Shown in pieces: positions 1 to 8,906 of a DNA stretch of 64,000 bases. This DNA is from Clostridia bacterium (GTDB taxonomy: Bacteria; Bacillota; Clostridia; JAAYHZ01), in assembly GCA_050950825.1 (NCBI GenBank), contig JBMNIH010000004.1:664479-728478 (forward strand). Direction: 5' to 3'. A program made the position numbers and the translations under genes. The notes below the pieces were generated by a model. The model was not told where the DNA came from and made no database searches. It was given only the letters and a program-made list of their open reading frames with translations. Within the stretch, counting starts at the first letter, position 1. Each line of letters starts with the position of its first letter.

Positions 1-2
1 AT

Positions 3-92
3 ACGCCGAAGGTTACTTTTAAATTGGATGACTCCATTGAGCACGGCGCTCATATCAATCTTTTGTTTAAGAAAATAAACGAGGGAAAGTAA
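3..92 (+). CDS. rbfA: Ribosome-binding factor A, 3' end (gene starts before the window)
   Basis: Manual translation TPKVTFKLDDSIEHGAHINLLFKKINEGK* matches the RbfA C-terminal motif (TPxLxFxxDxSIExG). Position fits the canonical rbfA-nrnA-truB-ribF order. Confidence 0.85.
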   Translation, partial: TPKVTFKLDDSIEHGAHINLLFKKINEGK

Positions 93-161
93 AAGAAAAT
101 ATCGGAAAAGAATGCCTTGTCGAAAACGGCAAGGCATTTTTCAGAAAGAGAACGGTGTCAT

Positions 162-1130
162 ATGCAGGAAATTATCAAGGCTGTGAAAGATGCTCAAACA
201 ATTGCCATATTTCCCCATATCATGGCGGACGGTGATGCCATCGGAAGCTCTCTGGCATTGAAAGAGTTCTTAGACAGGCAGGGGAAAACAACTTACATCA
301 TCTATGAAGAGGAATGCTCCTATAAATACCAATTTCTCTTCCGAGAAAAAAAACAGCGCTACATTTATCCGGATGTACCGGCAAAAAGGTTTGATTTGGC
401 TATTTCCATCGACAGCGGCGACATGAGCATGCTAGGTAAAAGAGCCGAATTGTATAAATCCGCGCCGATAACCGTCAATATGGATCACCATAAAACCAAC
501 AAGATGTATGGGGATTTGAATTATGTATCGCTGTCTTCGGCGGCTGCGGGAGAGATCATATACGATTTTTTAGTTTCCTATGATCCGGGATACGTTCCGG
601 ATACCTTTACGGCTTCATGTCTGTATACGGCGATTACGACGGATACAGGCGGGTTTCGCTATGCAAATACAACGAAAAGAACCCATGAAATTGCCGGTAT
701 ATTGACCGACTGCGGTATTGATGTTGAATACATCTGTAAGCAGGTTTTCGATTTGATGCCAAAGCCCCAAATGGAGCTTTTAAAGCGGGTACTGCCGAAG
801 GCGTCCCTTGTCCATAACGGCAAAATCGGAATCATTCGAATTACTCGGAAAGACTACGAAGAAGTCGGCGCGAAAGAAGAGCACAGCGACGGATTCGTCG
901 ACTATGTTCGGAACGTGGAAGGCGTGGAGGTTGCCATCTCTTTCAAGGAAACCCGGGACGGAAAGGTAAAGGTCAGCTTTCGCAGCTCCGGTGTTGTGGA
1001 CGTTTCCGAAACGGCTCGCCGGTTTAACGGCGGCGGTCATGAAAATGCCGCCGGATGTACGGTGGAAGGAGACCTTAGGCATGTGGAAGAAGAGGTTGTT
1101 CAATACTTGTTAGGGAGCATGGCGCCGTGA
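162..1130 (+). CDS. nrnA: DHH/DHHA1 family bifunctional oligoribonuclease / PAP phosphatase
   Basis: Motifs HxxADGDAIGS, DHH, TDTGGF and GGGHENAAG. ATG 162 preferred over TTG 117. Synteny. Confidence 0.92.
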   Translation: MQEIIKAVKDAQTIAIFPHIMADGDAIGSSLALKEFLDRQGKTTYIIYEEECSYKYQFLFREKKQRYIYPDVPAKRFDLAISIDSGDMSMLGKRAELYKSAPITVNMDHHKTNKMYGDLNYVSLSSAAAGEIIYDFLVSYDPGYVPDTFTASCLYTAITTDTGGFRYANTTKRTHEIAGILTDCGIDVEYICKQVFDLMPKPQMELLKRVLPKASLVHNGKIGIIRITRKDYEEVGAKEEHSDGFVDYVRNVEGVEVAISFKETRDGKVKVSFRSSGVVDVSETARRFNGGGHENAAGCTVEGDLRHVEEEVVQYLLGSMAP

Positions 1131-2068
1131 TAGACGGAACATTGGCATGCGGCGTTGTAAACTTATACAAGCCTGCGGGAATCACTTCATTTCAAGCCGT
1201 CTCGCAAGTGAAGAGGCTTTTGAATGTAAAAAAGTGCGGCCACGCCGGTACATTGGATCCGGATGCGGAAGGCGTTTTGCCCGTATTCATCGGTTCGGCG
1301 ACCGGAGCTTGCGCTTATTTGGAAGACGAGCAAAAGGAATATCTTGCGGAGATTCTTTTGGGGATTTCCACGGATACGGACGATATATCGGGCCGCGTTA
1401 CTTGCGTATCGGATTACAATATTCCTTATTCGACGGTCGAAGCGTGTATAAAGGAGTTTACGGGAGAAATCATCCAAAAGCCGCCGATTTATTCGGCAAT
1501 TAAGGTCGAAGGAAGAAAATTATACGAATACGCAAGAAAAAATGCCGAGGTTGAAATACCCGAAAGAAAAGTCACCGTATATTCCATAACCATAGAAGAA
1601 GAGCCTTCGATTCGAAAGGTTTCGGTGGATGGGAAAGAGTACATGGCATCTTGTTTCAAAGGTTTGGTAAAATGCTCGAGAGGTACCTACATAAGAAGTC
1701 TTTGTCGGGATATCGGAATCGCGGCAGGCACTTGCGGCTGCATGGGTAAGCTGGTACGCACCCGATCCGGACCCTACCGAATCGAGGATTCCCTTCGCTT
1801 CGAAGAGCTGCAGGAAAAGGGCCAAAAGGCTTTGCTTCCGGTAGCGGACTTGTTTGAAAAGTATGAGAAGATTGTTTTGAACAACAAGGAAACGAAAGAT
1901 TACCTAGACGGTAAAAAAATAGCTTTGAAAAGAAAAATCGATAAAGAAAGGCAAACGGTGTCCGTATATACCCAAGACCAAGGGTTTATCGGATTAGGGG
2001 AGCTTGTTATCATGGATTCTTTGAGTTATTTAAAGGGGAAAAAACTGTTTTGCCATCCGTATAGATAA
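1127..2068 (+). CDS. truB: tRNA pseudouridine(55) synthase
   Basis: GHAGTLDPDAEGVL, PPIYSAIKVEG and GTYIRSL motifs. Confidence 0.97.
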   Translation: MIDGTLACGVVNLYKPAGITSFQAVSQVKRLLNVKKCGHAGTLDPDAEGVLPVFIGSATGACAYLEDEQKEYLAEILLGISTDTDDISGRVTCVSDYNIPYSTVEACIKEFTGEIIQKPPIYSAIKVEGRKLYEYARKNAEVEIPERKVTVYSITIEEEPSIRKVSVDGKEYMASCFKGLVKCSRGTYIRSLCRDIGIAAGTCGCMGKLVRTRSGPYRIEDSLRFEELQEKGQKALLPVADLFEKYEKIVLNNKETKDYLDGKKIALKRKIDKERQTVSVYTQDQGFIGLGELVIMDSLSYLKGKKLFCHPYR

Positions 2069-2078
2069 GAGGTTCGAA

Positions 2079-3008
2079 ATGGAAGTATTTTACGGTAGAA
2101 CAAATCCGAATTTTAAAACGGACCGCCCAAGCGGTTTAGGGCTCGGTAACTTTGACGGTTTGCATTTGGGACATATGAAATTGATCAATACGTTAACCGG
2201 TATTTGCAAGGAACGGAATCTTACGTCATGGATTTATACCTTCGAAGAGCATCCGTCCGTTGTGTTGGAGCCGGAGCCTGTCCCTCTCATTATTACGAAC
2301 GAGCAAAAAATCGAAACGGCAAAAGTCGCCGGAGTAGAAAATATCTTTTTCGATGTTTTTGATCGAGAGTATGCGGATCTTTCACCGAAAGAATTCATCC
2401 ACGATATTTTAATCGCAAAATTCAATGCCAAATTGATCGTTGCCGGATTTAATTTCTTCTTCGGAAAAGACGGTAAAGGGAATACCGAGCTATTGAAAAA
2501 AGAAGGGCAGCGACACGGCTTTGATGTGATTATTATACCGCCGGTTATTCTAAACGGCGAAGTCGTCAGCAGTACCGCCGTCCGAAGCTTGATTTCAAAC
2601 GGAAACATCCCGAAGGCTAACGAAATGCTGGGACGAACCTATTCCATGACCGGTATAGTTACCCAAGGAAATCGGTTAGGTACTCATTTAGGGTTGCCTA
2701 CCGCCAATATCATACCGGATCGCAAGTATTTGATGCCTCAAAGAGGGGTGTATGTAACCGATACGTATTATAAAGGGAAAAAGTATCGGTCGGTAACCAA
2801 CATCGGTATCCGACCTACCGTATCGGATAGCAATACGGTATCCATTGAAACCCATTTGATCGGATATAACGAGGGGTTTATGTATGATCATGAAATCGTT
2901 ATCGAGTTTAAATACAAGATCCGAGACGAAATGCGATTTGACGGTTTTGACTCGTTGGTAGCGCAAGTTAAGAACGATATCGCCTTTGCGATTAACTATA
3001 AAGATTGA
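2079..3008 (+). CDS. ribF: Bifunctional riboflavin kinase / FAD synthetase
   Basis: GNFDGLHLGH, SSTAVR, GLPTAN, NIGIRPT and ETH motifs. Confidence 0.97.
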   Translation: MEVFYGRTNPNFKTDRPSGLGLGNFDGLHLGHMKLINTLTGICKERNLTSWIYTFEEHPSVVLEPEPVPLIITNEQKIETAKVAGVENIFFDVFDREYADLSPKEFIHDILIAKFNAKLIVAGFNFFFGKDGKGNTELLKKEGQRHGFDVIIIPPVILNGEVVSSTAVRSLISNGNIPKANEMLGRTYSMTGIVTQGNRLGTHLGLPTANIIPDRKYLMPQRGVYVTDTYYKGKKYRSVTNIGIRPTVSDSNTVSIETHLIGYNEGFMYDHEIVIEFKYKIRDEMRFDGFDSLVAQVKNDIAFAINYKD

Positions 3009-3016
3009 CTTGCGAA

Positions 3017-3027
3017 TGTGTTATAAT
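3017..3027 (+). promoter_or_regulatory. Extended -10 sigma-A promoter for lgt-nagA-rodA
   Basis: TGTGtTATAAT at 3017-3027, about 40 nt upstream of the lgt start. Confidence 0.6.
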
Positions 3028-3065
3028 ATCCAAGAATACGATTTGCAGTTGGAAGGGGTGCAAGA

Positions 3066-4145
3066 ATGTCATTTATTCAATTTCCGAATCTTTTTGGAGG
3101 AGTGACGCTGTACATTGAAAGGGTAGCTTTTCGGCTGTTTGGAATACCCATTTTCTGGTACGGTTTGCTTATCGCTTTCGGATTTGCATTATCATTGATT
3201 TTGGCGGGAGCATCCGCTCGTAAGTTCAAAATCAACAAAGACGATTTGTACGATATTATATTATTCAGTGCACCGGTTGCCATTGTCTGTGCCCGATTGT
3301 TTTATGTCATATTCGATTGGCAGACGTTCAAAGGCAATATCGGTGCCATTTTTGATTTCAGGCAAGGAGGCCTGGCCATCTACGGAGCTGTCATCGGAGC
3401 TTTCGTTACGGGATATTTCGTCAGCAAAAAGAAGAAGCTGATACCTTTGCGCATTTTTGATTTTGCCGCACCTTACTTTGCATTATCCCAATCCATCGGC
3501 AGATGGGGTAACTTCGTGAACCAAGAAGCCTTCGGCGTAAACACAAATTTACCTTGGGGAATGACCGGGGATCGAATCAGCAGTTATCTTCGCAGCCGAC
3601 AAAACGATTTGGCCGCTCAAGGCATAATTGTCAACCCGGATTTACCGGTTCATCCTACGTTTTTGTACGAGTCTTTGTGGAATTTTGCAGCATTCTTTCT
3701 TTTAATATGGCTGCGTAAAAACAAAAAACTGGACGGGGAAGTCTTTTTCGGATACATGTTTTTATACGGACTTGGCAGAAGCTGGATTGAAGGTCTTCGT
3801 ACGGACAGCCTTATGTTAGGGTCCTTCCGTATATCTCAGTTATTGGCCGTATTGTTCGTTCTTGTTTTTGGCGCCCTGTTTGTCATACGCAGAAAGAAGT
3901 TACCGCATCTTATACAGTCGGAATTTTATGATCCCGATTACGTTTTCCCGGAAATTACCGAATCGAAAAAAGAGGAGAAAAAAGATAAGTCCGAATATTC
4001 CGATTTGGTACAAGTAATAAAAGGGCAATCCGAAGAAAAAACAACCGACGACGATTCGAATCCCGACGAGGAGGAAGACGTAGAGGAGCAAGAATCGGAA
4101 GACTTAAATGAGAAAGCAGAGGATGAATCCTCTATTCATGAATAA
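3066..4145 (+). CDS. lgt: Prolipoprotein diacylglyceryl transferase with acidic C-terminal extension
   Basis: WYG, ARLFYV, GGLAIYG, QSIGRWGNFVNQEAFG, HPTFLYES and IEGLRTD motifs. Confidence 0.97.
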   Translation: MSFIQFPNLFGGVTLYIERVAFRLFGIPIFWYGLLIAFGFALSLILAGASARKFKINKDDLYDIILFSAPVAIVCARLFYVIFDWQTFKGNIGAIFDFRQGGLAIYGAVIGAFVTGYFVSKKKKLIPLRIFDFAAPYFALSQSIGRWGNFVNQEAFGVNTNLPWGMTGDRISSYLRSRQNDLAAQGIIVNPDLPVHPTFLYESLWNFAAFFLLIWLRKNKKLDGEVFFGYMFLYGLGRSWIEGLRTDSLMLGSFRISQLLAVLFVLVFGALFVIRRKKLPHLIQSEFYDPDYVFPEITESKKEEKKDKSEYSDLVQVIKGQSEEKTTDDDSNPDEEEDVEEQESEDLNEKAEDESSIHE

Positions 4146-4175
4146 ACTAACATCATATAACGAGGAGTGTAGGCC

Positions 4176-5372
4176 ATGAAAAAATTTAAGATCTATAACG
4201 GGAAAGTAATTACGCCCTATAAAGTCATCAATGACGGATGCGTGATTATTGAAGGTCAAAAAATCAGCTATGTCGGGAACGAGAACATCCAATCCGATGA
4301 TTTTGTTGAAATAGATGCAAAAGGATTGTATATTTCTCCGGGGTTCATCGATATTCACACCCACGGCGGCGGAGATGCGGATTTTATGGACGGAACCGTG
4401 GAAGCGTACATTAAAGCTTCCGAATGCCATGCACAGCATGGAACAACTTCCATTATACCCACCACGTTGTCCAGCTCCAACGAAGAGTTGAAAAACACGT
4501 TTTCCGTGTTTAAAGCGGCGAAAAATTCCGATCATAACGGTGCCGATTTTGTAGGCTTCCATTTGGAAGGTCCCTATTTCAGCATGGAGCAAAAGGGGGC
4601 CCAAGATCCGAGATACATCAAGGATCCTACCATCGAAGAGGCGGAAGAAATATTAAGCTGGACCGATGATATCATAAGGTGGAGTATGGCTCCGGAATTA
4701 AAGGGCGCAATGGCCGTCGGCCGCATGCTGACCCAAAGAGGCATTTTGCCTGCCATCGCTCATTCCAATGCCGTTTATTCCGAAGTCCAAGAGGCTTTTG
4801 AAAACGGATTTACCCATGTGACCCATTTGTATTCCGGAATGTCCATGGTTCGAAGAATAAATGCCTACCGTTATGCCGGCGTGGTCGAAAGCGCGTACTT
4901 GATTGACGATATGACGGTAGAAATCATTGCAGACGGAAGTCATTTGCCTGCAAGCCTTTTGAAGCTGATTTATAAAATCAAAGGGCCTTCTCATATCGCT
5001 TTGATCACGGATTCCATGAGGGGAGCCGGGATGCCGGAAGGCAAGTCCATCTTGGGAAGCCTTAAAAACGGTATGGAGGTTGTTATCGAAGACGGAGTGG
5101 CGAAGCTGCTTGATCGAACGGCATTTGCAGGAAGCGTAGCTACCGCCGACCGTTTGGTCCGTAATATGATTCAATTGGCCGATGTACCCTTGACGGATGC
5201 CGTACGAATGATGACCTCGACACCTGCGAGAATTATGAATATCGACAAAGAAAAAGGAAGCTTGCTGCCGGGTAAAGATGCCGATATCGTTATTTTCGAC
5301 GGAAACATTAACGTTCAATTTACCATGGTAAAAGGAAAGATTGTAAAAAATGCAATTGGTAGCAAAGGTTAA
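4176..5372 (+). CDS. nagA: N-acetylglucosamine-6-phosphate deacetylase
   Basis: PGFIDIHTHG, HLEGPY, THLYSGM, IIADGSH, ITDSM and AGS motifs. Confidence 0.92.
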   Translation: MKKFKIYNGKVITPYKVINDGCVIIEGQKISYVGNENIQSDDFVEIDAKGLYISPGFIDIHTHGGGDADFMDGTVEAYIKASECHAQHGTTSIIPTTLSSSNEELKNTFSVFKAAKNSDHNGADFVGFHLEGPYFSMEQKGAQDPRYIKDPTIEEAEEILSWTDDIIRWSMAPELKGAMAVGRMLTQRGILPAIAHSNAVYSEVQEAFENGFTHVTHLYSGMSMVRRINAYRYAGVVESAYLIDDMTVEIIADGSHLPASLLKLIYKIKGPSHIALITDSMRGAGMPEGKSILGSLKNGMEVVIEDGVAKLLDRTAFAGSVATADRLVRNMIQLADVPLTDAVRMMTSTPARIMNIDKEKGSLLPGKDADIVIFDGNINVQFTMVKGKIVKNAIGSKG

Positions 5373-6492
5373 GGCCGTTGACCACATAAAAAAGTTTGAT
5401 TATATATTGTTTCTTACGATGATCGCCATTACCGTATTCGGCTTGGTGGTTTTAAAAAGCGCCACTTACAGTATGAAGTACGGTGCAAGTATATACAAAA
5501 CCCAAGTGTACATGGCGATCGCCGGTACCTTGATTTGCTTGTTCCTGAATTTTATTGATTACAGGATCTTTAAAGCTTTCGCCTTATTATTTTATTTTAT
5601 AAGCATAGCCTTGCTTGGTGCACTGTTTTTTGTAGGTGAAGGCCGAGACGAAGTGGGAGCCGTAAGCTGGTTGTCCATACCGGGTTTGATTAAGTTTCAG
5701 CCTGCAGAGGTTGCGAAAATCACTTACGTTTTGCTTCTTGCGCTTCTTTTGGAAAAAATGAGGACGGCGGAGAAGAAGATCAAATACTATTTTATGTTTA
5801 TCGTATTTTCCGTTATCCCCGTAGCTTTGATCGCCAAACAGCCGGATTTGGGTACGGCCTTTGCATTTGTCGTCAGTTTTGCCGTTATGTTGTTTACATT
5901 CGGTATCAAATTTCGTTACATCTTGATTGGAGGAGGGGTTTTAGGAGCCGCTTTTCCTATCGTTTGGCGATTTGTATTGAAGCCTTACCAAAAAAACCGC
6001 TTTTTATCGCTACTGCAGCCGGAATTGCAATCGGCGGACGATTTGTATCAAATTAATAAGGCAAAAACGGCTATAAGCTCCGGTCAGTGGTTCGGACAAG
6101 GGCTTTTTAACGGGATTCAGACCCAAAACAACGGTATTCCCATTAAAGAATCGGATTTCATTTTCTCCGTGGTGGGAGAAGAGTTGGGATTCATTGGAGC
6201 CGGTATATTATTGATACTGTTTACCGTTCTTATTATTCGCATCTTTTATATCGCGTCGACTGCCGACGACTTGTACGGCTCTTTCATTGCAGCGGGATTC
6301 GGCGGGATTTACATGTACCATTTCCTTCAGAACGTAGGAATGAACATCGGATTGCTTCCCATTACGGGGATTCCCCTCCCTTTTGTCAGCGCAGGAGGCA
6401 GCGCCCTGATTACGAATTTTATTGCCATGGGAATCGTATTAAGCATTTCCGTGCGCAGAAGCGAAGGAATGTTTGAAAAAGAGGGAATTTAG
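5350..6492 (+). CDS. rodA: SEDS family peptidoglycan glycosyltransferase RodA
   Basis: FQPAEVAK, QPDLGT, YQKNR, DFIFSVVGEELGFIG and PITGIPLPFVSAGGS motifs. About 10 TM segments. Confidence 0.9.
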   Translation: MQLVAKVKAVDHIKKFDYILFLTMIAITVFGLVVLKSATYSMKYGASIYKTQVYMAIAGTLICLFLNFIDYRIFKAFALLFYFISIALLGALFFVGEGRDEVGAVSWLSIPGLIKFQPAEVAKITYVLLLALLLEKMRTAEKKIKYYFMFIVFSVIPVALIAKQPDLGTAFAFVVSFAVMLFTFGIKFRYILIGGGVLGAAFPIVWRFVLKPYQKNRFLSLLQPELQSADDLYQINKAKTAISSGQWFGQGLFNGIQTQNNGIPIKESDFIFSVVGEELGFIGAGILLILFTVLIIRIFYIASTADDLYGSFIAAGFGGIYMYHFLQNVGMNIGLLPITGIPLPFVSAGGSALITNFIAMGIVLSISVRRSEGMFEKEGI

Positions 6493-6537
6493 AGTAAATT
6501 TTAAATAAATTATTGAAAAATTATTAAAGCTTTTTAT

Positions 6538-6588
6538 CACCATATGTAGTGCGTTTTGAAAAAACTGCGTTACATATGGTGTTTTTTT
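6538..6588 (+). terminator. Intrinsic terminator after rodA
   Basis: CACCATATGTA (6538-6548) pairs with TACATATGGTG (6571-6581), followed by T7. Confidence 0.75.
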
Positions 6589-6652
6589 ATGCTTTTCAGT
6601 GCGTTTAAAATAGATGAATTTTGTCGGATTGTTTTTTTTATTGAAAAAACGC

Positions 6653-6681
6653 TTGAAATATTTATACGTATACTCTAAAAT
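6653..6681 (+). promoter_or_regulatory. Sigma-A promoter of the mraZ/dcw operon
   Basis: TTGAAA-17 bp-TAAAAT. Confidence 0.75.
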
Positions 6682-6689
6682 AAAAGCAA

Positions 6690-6715
6690 GTGGTGAATTG
6701 TGGTGGATAATGCCA
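6690..6715 (+). promoter_or_regulatory. MraZ-binding direct repeats
   Basis: GTGGTG-aatt-GTGGTG with a 10-bp period just downstream of the -10, matching Firmicute GTGG(A/T)G MraZ boxes. The third position is degenerate. Confidence 0.8.
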
Positions 6716-6762
6716 CATAGTGAATGCAAATCCCACAAACAATAAAAAAATGGGGAACCGAT

Positions 6763-7200
6763 ATGCCGGGTTTTAACGGTGAGTTTAGCCACACGATGGA
6801 TGCCAAAGGGCGGGTGATTATACCTGCAAAGTATCGTGAAGGCCTTGGTGAAGAATTTATATTAACCAAGGGCTTGGACCGGTGTTTGGTTTTATACCCC
6901 ATGGAGCATTGGGCTGAACTGGAGAAAAAGCTGTCACAGTTGTCTATTGCCGATTACAACTCCAGATTCTACAGAAGGTTTTTCTCCGCCGGCGCCACCA
7001 ATTGCGAATTGGACAAACAGGGAAGAATACTGATCCCTCAGAACTTAAGGGAATATGCCGGTTTGGATAAAGATGTGACCATCATAGGTGCCATCAATAC
7101 GGTGGAAATTTGGGATACCGCCGCTTACAACGAATTTATGCAAAAGAATTTGGGCAACATGGATAAGATAGCGATTCAAATGGCCGAAATGGGATTCTGA
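6763..7200 (+). CDS. mraZ: Division/cell wall cluster transcriptional repressor MraZ
   Basis: Two DxKGR/DKQGR AbrB-like repeats. First gene of the dcw cluster. ATG 6763 chosen. Confidence 0.97.
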   Translation: MPGFNGEFSHTMDAKGRVIIPAKYREGLGEEFILTKGLDRCLVLYPMEHWAELEKKLSQLSIADYNSRFYRRFFSAGATNCELDKQGRILIPQNLREYAGLDKDVTIIGAINTVEIWDTAAYNEFMQKNLGNMDKIAIQMAEMGF

Positions 7201-7240
7201 CGAGTAAACGTGAATTCTTTTGGCCGAATTGAGGTGGACA

Positions 7241-8185
7241 ATGGAATTTATTCATAAACCGATTATGCTCCATGAATGCATGGAACTGTTGAATATCAAG
7301 AAGGACGGTATCTATGTAGACGGAACGGTTGGCGGAGCGGGGCATTCCTCAAGCATTCTTTCCATGTTAGGAAAAGGGGGCCGATTGATCGCCATTGACA
7401 GGGATTCGGAAGCCGTCGAGACGGCGAAAGAACGTTTGGCGAAGGTCGAAACCCAAGGAGAATTTACGGTAGTAAAGGCGAGATACTCCCAAACGGCGGA
7501 TGTATTACAAAGGTTGGGAGTAGGGAAGGTAAACGGAATTTTACTGGATATCGGCGTATCGTCGTACCAACTGGATAATCCTGACAGAGGCTTCGGGTAC
7601 ATGACCGAGGGCAAGCCGGATATGAGAATGGGAGCGGACGAGCCGATAAGAACCGCCTATGACATAATCAACGAAGCGGATCAAACGGAGCTGGAGCGAA
7701 TTATTCGAGATTACGGTGAGGAGCGTTACTGGAAAAGGATTGCACAAAAAATCGTGTCCGAGCGAAAAAAAGGAAAAATCGAAACAACGAAAGAATTGGT
7801 TCGCATTATTTCGGAGGCAATCCCGGCGGAGGCAAGAAGAGAAAAACAGCATCCGGCAAAAAGAACGTTCCAAGGCTTGCGCATAGCCGTCAATCGAGAA
7901 TTGGAGGAACTGGAGTCTTTACTGAACCGATTGGATGAAATATTATTGCCGAGGGGACGGGCGGCAATTATCACCTTTCATTCGTTGGAGGATCGAATCG
8001 TAAAGACCAAATTCAAGGAGTTTGAAAATCCTTGTACCTGCCCTCCGGGGTTTCCGAAATGTATTTGCGGAAAGAAAGCCGTAGGACGGATCGTAACGAA
8101 AAAACCCGTAACGCCTTCGGAAGAAGAAATTAAAACAAATCCCAGAGCAAGAAGTGCAAAGCTGCGTGTGTTGGAGTGGATTTAA
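7241..8185 (+). CDS. rsmH: 16S rRNA m4C1402 methyltransferase
   Basis: DGTVGGAGHS, DIGVSSYQLD, FHSLEDRIVK and NPRARSAKLR motifs. Confidence 0.98.
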   Translation: MEFIHKPIMLHECMELLNIKKDGIYVDGTVGGAGHSSSILSMLGKGGRLIAIDRDSEAVETAKERLAKVETQGEFTVVKARYSQTADVLQRLGVGKVNGILLDIGVSSYQLDNPDRGFGYMTEGKPDMRMGADEPIRTAYDIINEADQTELERIIRDYGEERYWKRIAQKIVSERKKGKIETTKELVRIISEAIPAEARREKQHPAKRTFQGLRIAVNRELEELESLLNRLDEILLPRGRAAIITFHSLEDRIVKTKFKEFENPCTCPPGFPKCICGKKAVGRIVTKKPVTPSEEEIKTNPRARSAKLRVLEWI

Positions 8186-8333
8186 AGTGAAGAGGTTTTC
8201 GGTTATGGAGGATAGCACGAAACTCGGTCAAAAACTTAAGCTACGGTATTCAAAAAATGCGGAAGGTTTAACGAATTTTGCGGGAGGTGAAGATTGGCAA
8301 ATCTTCTTCGTCTTCTAGAGGAACGAAGTTCTC

Positions 8334-8834
8334 TTGCCATCGAATATGAACGGTTATGAGTATGTTTACGGTTCCACAGCCAGAAAAATGCCGGAAAACG
8401 ATCCGTATGTGGAAAAGCGGATCCATCGAAAAAAGATACGGGTAAAGAAGTATCAAAAGAGTAAAAGAAAAGCCATATTTACGGCGGTGCTATTATTTGC
8501 CGTTGTCATGTTTGTTATGGTGCGGTACAGCATGATCCTGCATTTAAACTATGAGATTGCCGAAGTCACCGACCTGTACGAGAGAGTCTTAGCGGAAAAC
8601 TCCGCATTGGACATGAAGCTTAAGGAAAAAACAAGCTTAGCGGTTATATACGATCGCGCCGTAAACGAATTGGGCATGATAAAAGCCGACAACAACCACG
8701 TAGGTTATTACAATTCCTATAAAGAAGATACCAAAGTTATCGATAACGACTACATTCAGGCAAGGGAATTGGAAAACCGTGACCCGGTGACCCTTATGCT
8801 GGACAAAATTCGTTTATTCCTTAATCTGAAATAA
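8334..8834 (+). CDS. ftsL: Cell division protein FtsL-like (bitopic, coiled coil)
   Basis: YVYGSTARK N-terminus, one TM, coiled coil ending AVNELGM. Lies between rsmH and the PBP gene. Confidence 0.7.
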   Translation: MPSNMNGYEYVYGSTARKMPENDPYVEKRIHRKKIRVKKYQKSKRKAIFTAVLLFAVVMFVMVRYSMILHLNYEIAEVTDLYERVLAENSALDMKLKEKTSLAVIYDRAVNELGMIKADNNHVGYYNSYKEDTKVIDNDYIQARELENRDPVTLMLDKIRLFLNLK

Positions 8835-8851
8835 CGGGATTTCCGATGTTG

Positions 8852-8880
8852 TCATATTATGTACAAGTAGTGTATATATA
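8852..8880 (+). promoter_or_regulatory. Putative sigma-E (mother cell sporulation) promoter
   Basis: TCATATT...TATATAT resembles the sigma-E consensus and sits directly before a spoVD-like PBP. Confidence 0.4.
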
Positions 8881-8906
8881 TAGAATGACATCGGACAGGA
8901 GAGGAT

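Noticed and set aside
8205-8318. 37-codon ORF between rsmH and ftsL
   Set aside because: Weak SD and no recognisable features. Likely a chance ORF.
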